A DNA stretch of 64,000 nucleotides, taken from assembly GCA_963768055.1 (NCBI GenBank), contig CAVYGN010000002.1:1696001-1760000 (forward strand), given 5' to 3'. Positions within the stretch are counted from its first letter, which is position 1. Each line of letters starts with the position of its first letter. Below are positions 58,608 through 64,000 of this stretch, one piece after another. A program made the position numbers and the translations under genes. Source of the stretch: an uncultured Spirochaetota bacterium (lineage in GTDB: Bacteria > Spirochaetota > Brevinematia > Brevinematales > JAOACQ01). A model generated the notes under the pieces. The model ran no database searches, was not told the origin of the DNA, and saw only the letters and a program-made list of their open reading frames with translations.

Positions 58608-58972
58608 AATGAAAACTCCTTATTCCGGGGCCCATTCGCAGACTATACGGCCGTGCATGATTATACTCCCATCTTCATCTCTTGTCATTTTTAGTAATTC
58701 AAATTTCAACCAAAACCAAAATTTTACTTATACAAGGATTGTATATAGGGCGGTTCTAAAAAATAACATTGTTATTAAAAAAAGATGTTCTTACAGTAAT
58801 AAAACCGCCCAATGGTGCCCTGGTGCCTGGCCCCAGGACAGGCCATTTGTCCCCGTAAGGGTTTATCCCCGTCAGGGGGGCAGTTATTAAAAGGACCCTA
58901 TATAAAATGTATAATCATATGGGGGCAATGGTATGAATACTAGCACGGTCCGGAAGCGATCGAAGTCCTATG

Positions 58973-61216
<2,244 letters not shown>

Positions 61217-61474
61217 TCACTTATATTCAGTGCGAAATATCTGTTCATCAGTATCTCATCTCTCTATAGAATATATTAGGCAATATGAAATAAGTCAATG
61301 CGCGCCAATAGTCGCATCTACCGGACTTTATCAGAACCTCCATGAAGGATAATATTGTAAATTATTACCCGGTAAACTCAATATTCGAATTTGATTAATA
61401 ACTGTTATTATTAAAAATATTGAATAATTTGCTTTATCATGGCATAATATACCCCTTTATTTTAAGGGGATTAT

Positions 61475-62155
61475 ATGAATATCTATATAAAAAGTATATT
61501 AACTGCTGCCGTTATATTGTCCTTGCTATATTTCGGCGGAATGTTATTCGGACGATGCTATGCCGATCTTAAAGAATATTCAAAGATTAAAAAGACTAAA
61601 GAAAAAATCGATTTTCTATATTCGGAAAACCGTATCCGATTGAATGAAAATCTTTGTTCGGATATTGCAAAATCGATAATTGAATCATCGGTTAAATATC
61701 ATATTGAAGAAAATCTGATCACTTCCATAATTAAATGTGAATCGGATTTTAACCCAAAAGCTACCTCCTATACTGTTAATTTGAAACAAATTATAAATTC
61801 GGACAGTGATAAAGTCAGGACTAATATTATTCCGCTTGCAATGGGTTTAATGCAGGTAAATTTCTCAAAGAATGCATGGGGAGACGTATTTACCAACACG
61901 AATAAATATTATGATGTTTGTTATAATATCAGCTGCGGGAGCTATATTTTTTCCTATCTTTTAAAAATGGAAGGGAATGATGTAGTTAAAGTTTTGGTAA
62001 AATACAACGGGGGTTATGAAATTCATACCGGCAATAATAAGACTATTTTTAATTCTTATTCATATTGTTATGCGAAAAATGTTTTAAAAATCAAATCTGA
62101 ACTGGATGAAATGGATTCAAGAACAATATATTTCCTTGGCTGTATTTCAATGTGA
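61475..62155 (+). CDS. lytic transglycosylase (SLT domain)
   Basis: N-terminal TM; II.CESDFNP.A.S, AMGLMQV, YNI..G..., KYNGG. Confidence 0.8.
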   Translation: MNIYIKSILTAAVILSLLYFGGMLFGRCYADLKEYSKIKKTKEKIDFLYSENRIRLNENLCSDIAKSIIESSVKYHIEENLITSIIKCESDFNPKATSYTVNLKQIINSDSDKVRTNIIPLAMGLMQVNFSKNAWGDVFTNTNKYYDVCYNISCGSYIFSYLLKMEGNDVVKVLVKYNGGYEIHTGNNKTIFNSYSYCYAKNVLKIKSELDEMDSRTIYFLGCISM

Positions 62156-62420
62156 TCTCCTTTATCTCTTTGACAAGGTGGTAATCCTTCCCCTCAAATT
62201 TACTCCAATGATGAATCGCCTTTGCCGGACACCACTCGTCACAGGCAAGGCACATCTCACAATGGTGCTGCCAAACAGGCTTATTTTCAATTATTTTTAT
62301 ATTTTGGACAGGACAAACCTTAGCGCAAGTCACACAACCATTACATTTTGCGTTAACAGGGCCATAACAGCCATAAGTGCATACTGCAAAAATGTTTTTT
62401 AACTAACGCTGTCAGGGCAT
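62091..62420 (-). pseudogene. EFR1-type flavodoxin/ferredoxin remnant
   Basis: CNGCVTCAKVCP and CEMCLACDEWCP motifs fused directly to a flavodoxin fragment (IFAVCTYG); in-frame stops just after ATG 62420. Confidence 0.6.
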
Positions 62421-62669
62421 TATTCCTCCCCCTCTTTTCATAAAAACCCGACAGTACACCCACCTATATTTTAATTATTACTCGATTCTGATTACCCGGA
62501 TACACCAACTCCAAAAAGTAGTCTGAGTCTATGCATTCTTCCGAGGATGGCTGCGCGATTGGCTCATTAAAAAAAAGCACGTAAAGAAAAAGCTCGTAAA
62601 TTGACATTGAACTTAGAATTCTTTAATCTTATTTTTATGAAAAAAATTATTATCGGTTAAGGGGGAGTT

Positions 62670-63071
62670 ATGGAAAACTATATTTATCATCTTGTATCAG
62701 AAGAAGAATTTAAGAATTTATTAAAAGATGGGTATTATTTACCTTTAAGATTTGAGAATGATGGTTTTATTCATTGTTCAAGTGAAAATAGTGTTATTTC
62801 GGTAGCCGAAGCTTATTATTCAAAAATTATGGACCTGATATTATTAAAATTAGATAAAAATAAAATTGAATCTGTGGTAAAGTATGAAGATCCTGCTCCT
62901 GTTGAAGGAACAGGAAATAAGCATATTCAGAACAGCGTTAAATTTCCGCATATATATGGGCCATTGAATCAATCGGCCATATGCGGTATTGGAAAAATGA
63001 TAAATTCCGATGGAAAATATAAATGGCCGAATGAATTTATAATGATTAATAAAACATATAATATCGATTAG
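62670..63071 (+). CDS. DUF952 family protein
   Basis: IYHL, DGFIHCS, FPHIYGPLN. Confidence 0.85.
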   Translation: MENYIYHLVSEEEFKNLLKDGYYLPLRFENDGFIHCSSENSVISVAEAYYSKIMDLILLKLDKNKIESVVKYEDPAPVEGTGNKHIQNSVKFPHIYGPLNQSAICGIGKMINSDGKYKWPNEFIMINKTYNID

Positions 63072-63201
63072 AAAAATTGCTTTGCGAAATTGTAATTGAG
63101 ATATTCTAAGGAATTTTGGGAAGCCTGCCGCTTGCCCTCAAGGTGAAGATTTAAATGAACTGGATTTAAGTCTTGAAAAAATAAAGAAACTAAAAATCAA
63201 C

Positions 63202-63726
63202 ATGGTAAATCCCGGTTATGGAAATCCCAATAATATGATAAAACAATTGAATAAAGATAACTTAAATGAGGTAATGGCGATTATTAAAGAAGTCATTGTC
63301 CATATGAATCAGCAAGGTATCAACCAGTGGGATGAGTTTTATCCGGATATGGAAATCATTACCAGGGATTTAAAAGATAATTGTGCTTATGGATATTTTG
63401 ACAACGATGAATTATCAGGCTATGTCGCAATAAGCGAAGACTACTACCCGGGTTATGATGCCATTGAGTGGAAAATTAGGGGTAAATTTACAGTGATTCA
63501 CAGACTGTTCGTAAAGCCTGATAAACAGAGAAAGGGGATTGCAAAAAAGCTAATGGAGTTTGCCGAAAAACTTTCCCTTGAGAATGGATATAAATCGATC
63601 AGATTGGATGCATTCTCAAAAAATCCTGCGGCTTTGAAGTTTTATGATGATACCGGATATAAAAGAGTCGGATCCTTTGAAGCCAGAAAAAAAGGTTTAT
63701 TCTTTTGCTATGAAAAAGAACTATGA
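63202..63726 (+). CDS. GNAT acetyltransferase
   Basis: GINQW..YP, IHRLFV.P..QRKGIA, IRLD...N..AL.FY; alternative start 63235. Confidence 0.85.
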   Translation: MVNPGYGNPNNMIKQLNKDNLNEVMAIIKEVIVHMNQQGINQWDEFYPDMEIITRDLKDNCAYGYFDNDELSGYVAISEDYYPGYDAIEWKIRGKFTVIHRLFVKPDKQRKGIAKKLMEFAEKLSLENGYKSIRLDAFSKNPAALKFYDDTGYKRVGSFEARKKGLFFCYEKEL

Positions 63727-63819
63727 AGCCGCGCCAGTTCTTTTTACCTGCGATAAAAAACGCACAACTGCAAGATCACCCCGACACCCGGCCGAAAACC
63801 GTAAGATATAGGAGTTTAA

Positions 63820-64000
63820 ATGAATATTAGTTTCTTGCTCAGTGGTCTAATTATAGGGCTTTCTATTGCTGCGCCTGTCGGTCCGATTGGAGTTTTATGC
63901 ATACGCCGTACACTGGCCAAAGGACGGATATATGGTCTTATATCAGGTTTAGGAGCTGCTTCAGCTGACGCATTCTATGGATCAATAGCCGGATTCGGAT
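63820..64000 (+). CDS. LysE family translocator (runs off the window)
   Basis: GGAG RBS; MNISFLLSGLIIGLSIAAPVGPIGVLCIRRTL..G...GLISGLGAA.AD..YG. Confidence 0.85.
   Translation, partial: MNISFLLSGLIIGLSIAAPVGPIGVLCIRRTLAKGRIYGLISGLGAASADAFYGSIAGFG

Noticed and set aside
58736..58910. Riboswitch or ribozyme downstream of katG
   Set aside because: Several short inverted repeats (GGGCGGTT/AACCGCCC; TATATAGGG/CCCTATATA) but no convincing match to a family I can recognise.

Overview
AT-rich bacterial window, probably from a spirochete (inferred from spirochaetal-type lipoboxes, Ig-like lipoproteins and a giant Trp-repeat secreted protein). The left half (0.2-29 kb) is the most novel part. An 8-gene operon (TPR lipoprotein, lipoprotein, TolC, long-hairpin adaptor, two Ig-like lipoproteins, two divergent RND pumps) shares a duplicated 92-bp promoter block with a downstream 2595-aa secreted protein. 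That protein ends in an L,D-transpeptidase-like His/Cys domain and is followed by a coupled immunity-like gene, a DUF3467 gene, a structured non-coding element, and a start-less orphan C-terminus/immunity/DUF3467 cassette carrying a 246-bp near-identical copy of the giant gene's pre-toxin region. This looks like a polymorphic toxin system linked to a TolC-RND apparatus rather than to a canonical T5SS/T6SS/T7SS. Further right: a GT-C glycosyltransferase; a FAAL / GNAT-SPT-like fusion / ACP / V4R histidine kinase / response regulator operon (candidate lipid-signal synthesis plus sensing); lipase and Ntn-hydrolase genes; a Wsp-like chemosensory operon with an adenylate cyclase output; pirin, katG, SLT, DUF952, GNAT, a partial LysE gene and several gene remnants. 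All family assignments come from motif recognition by eye, not database searches.
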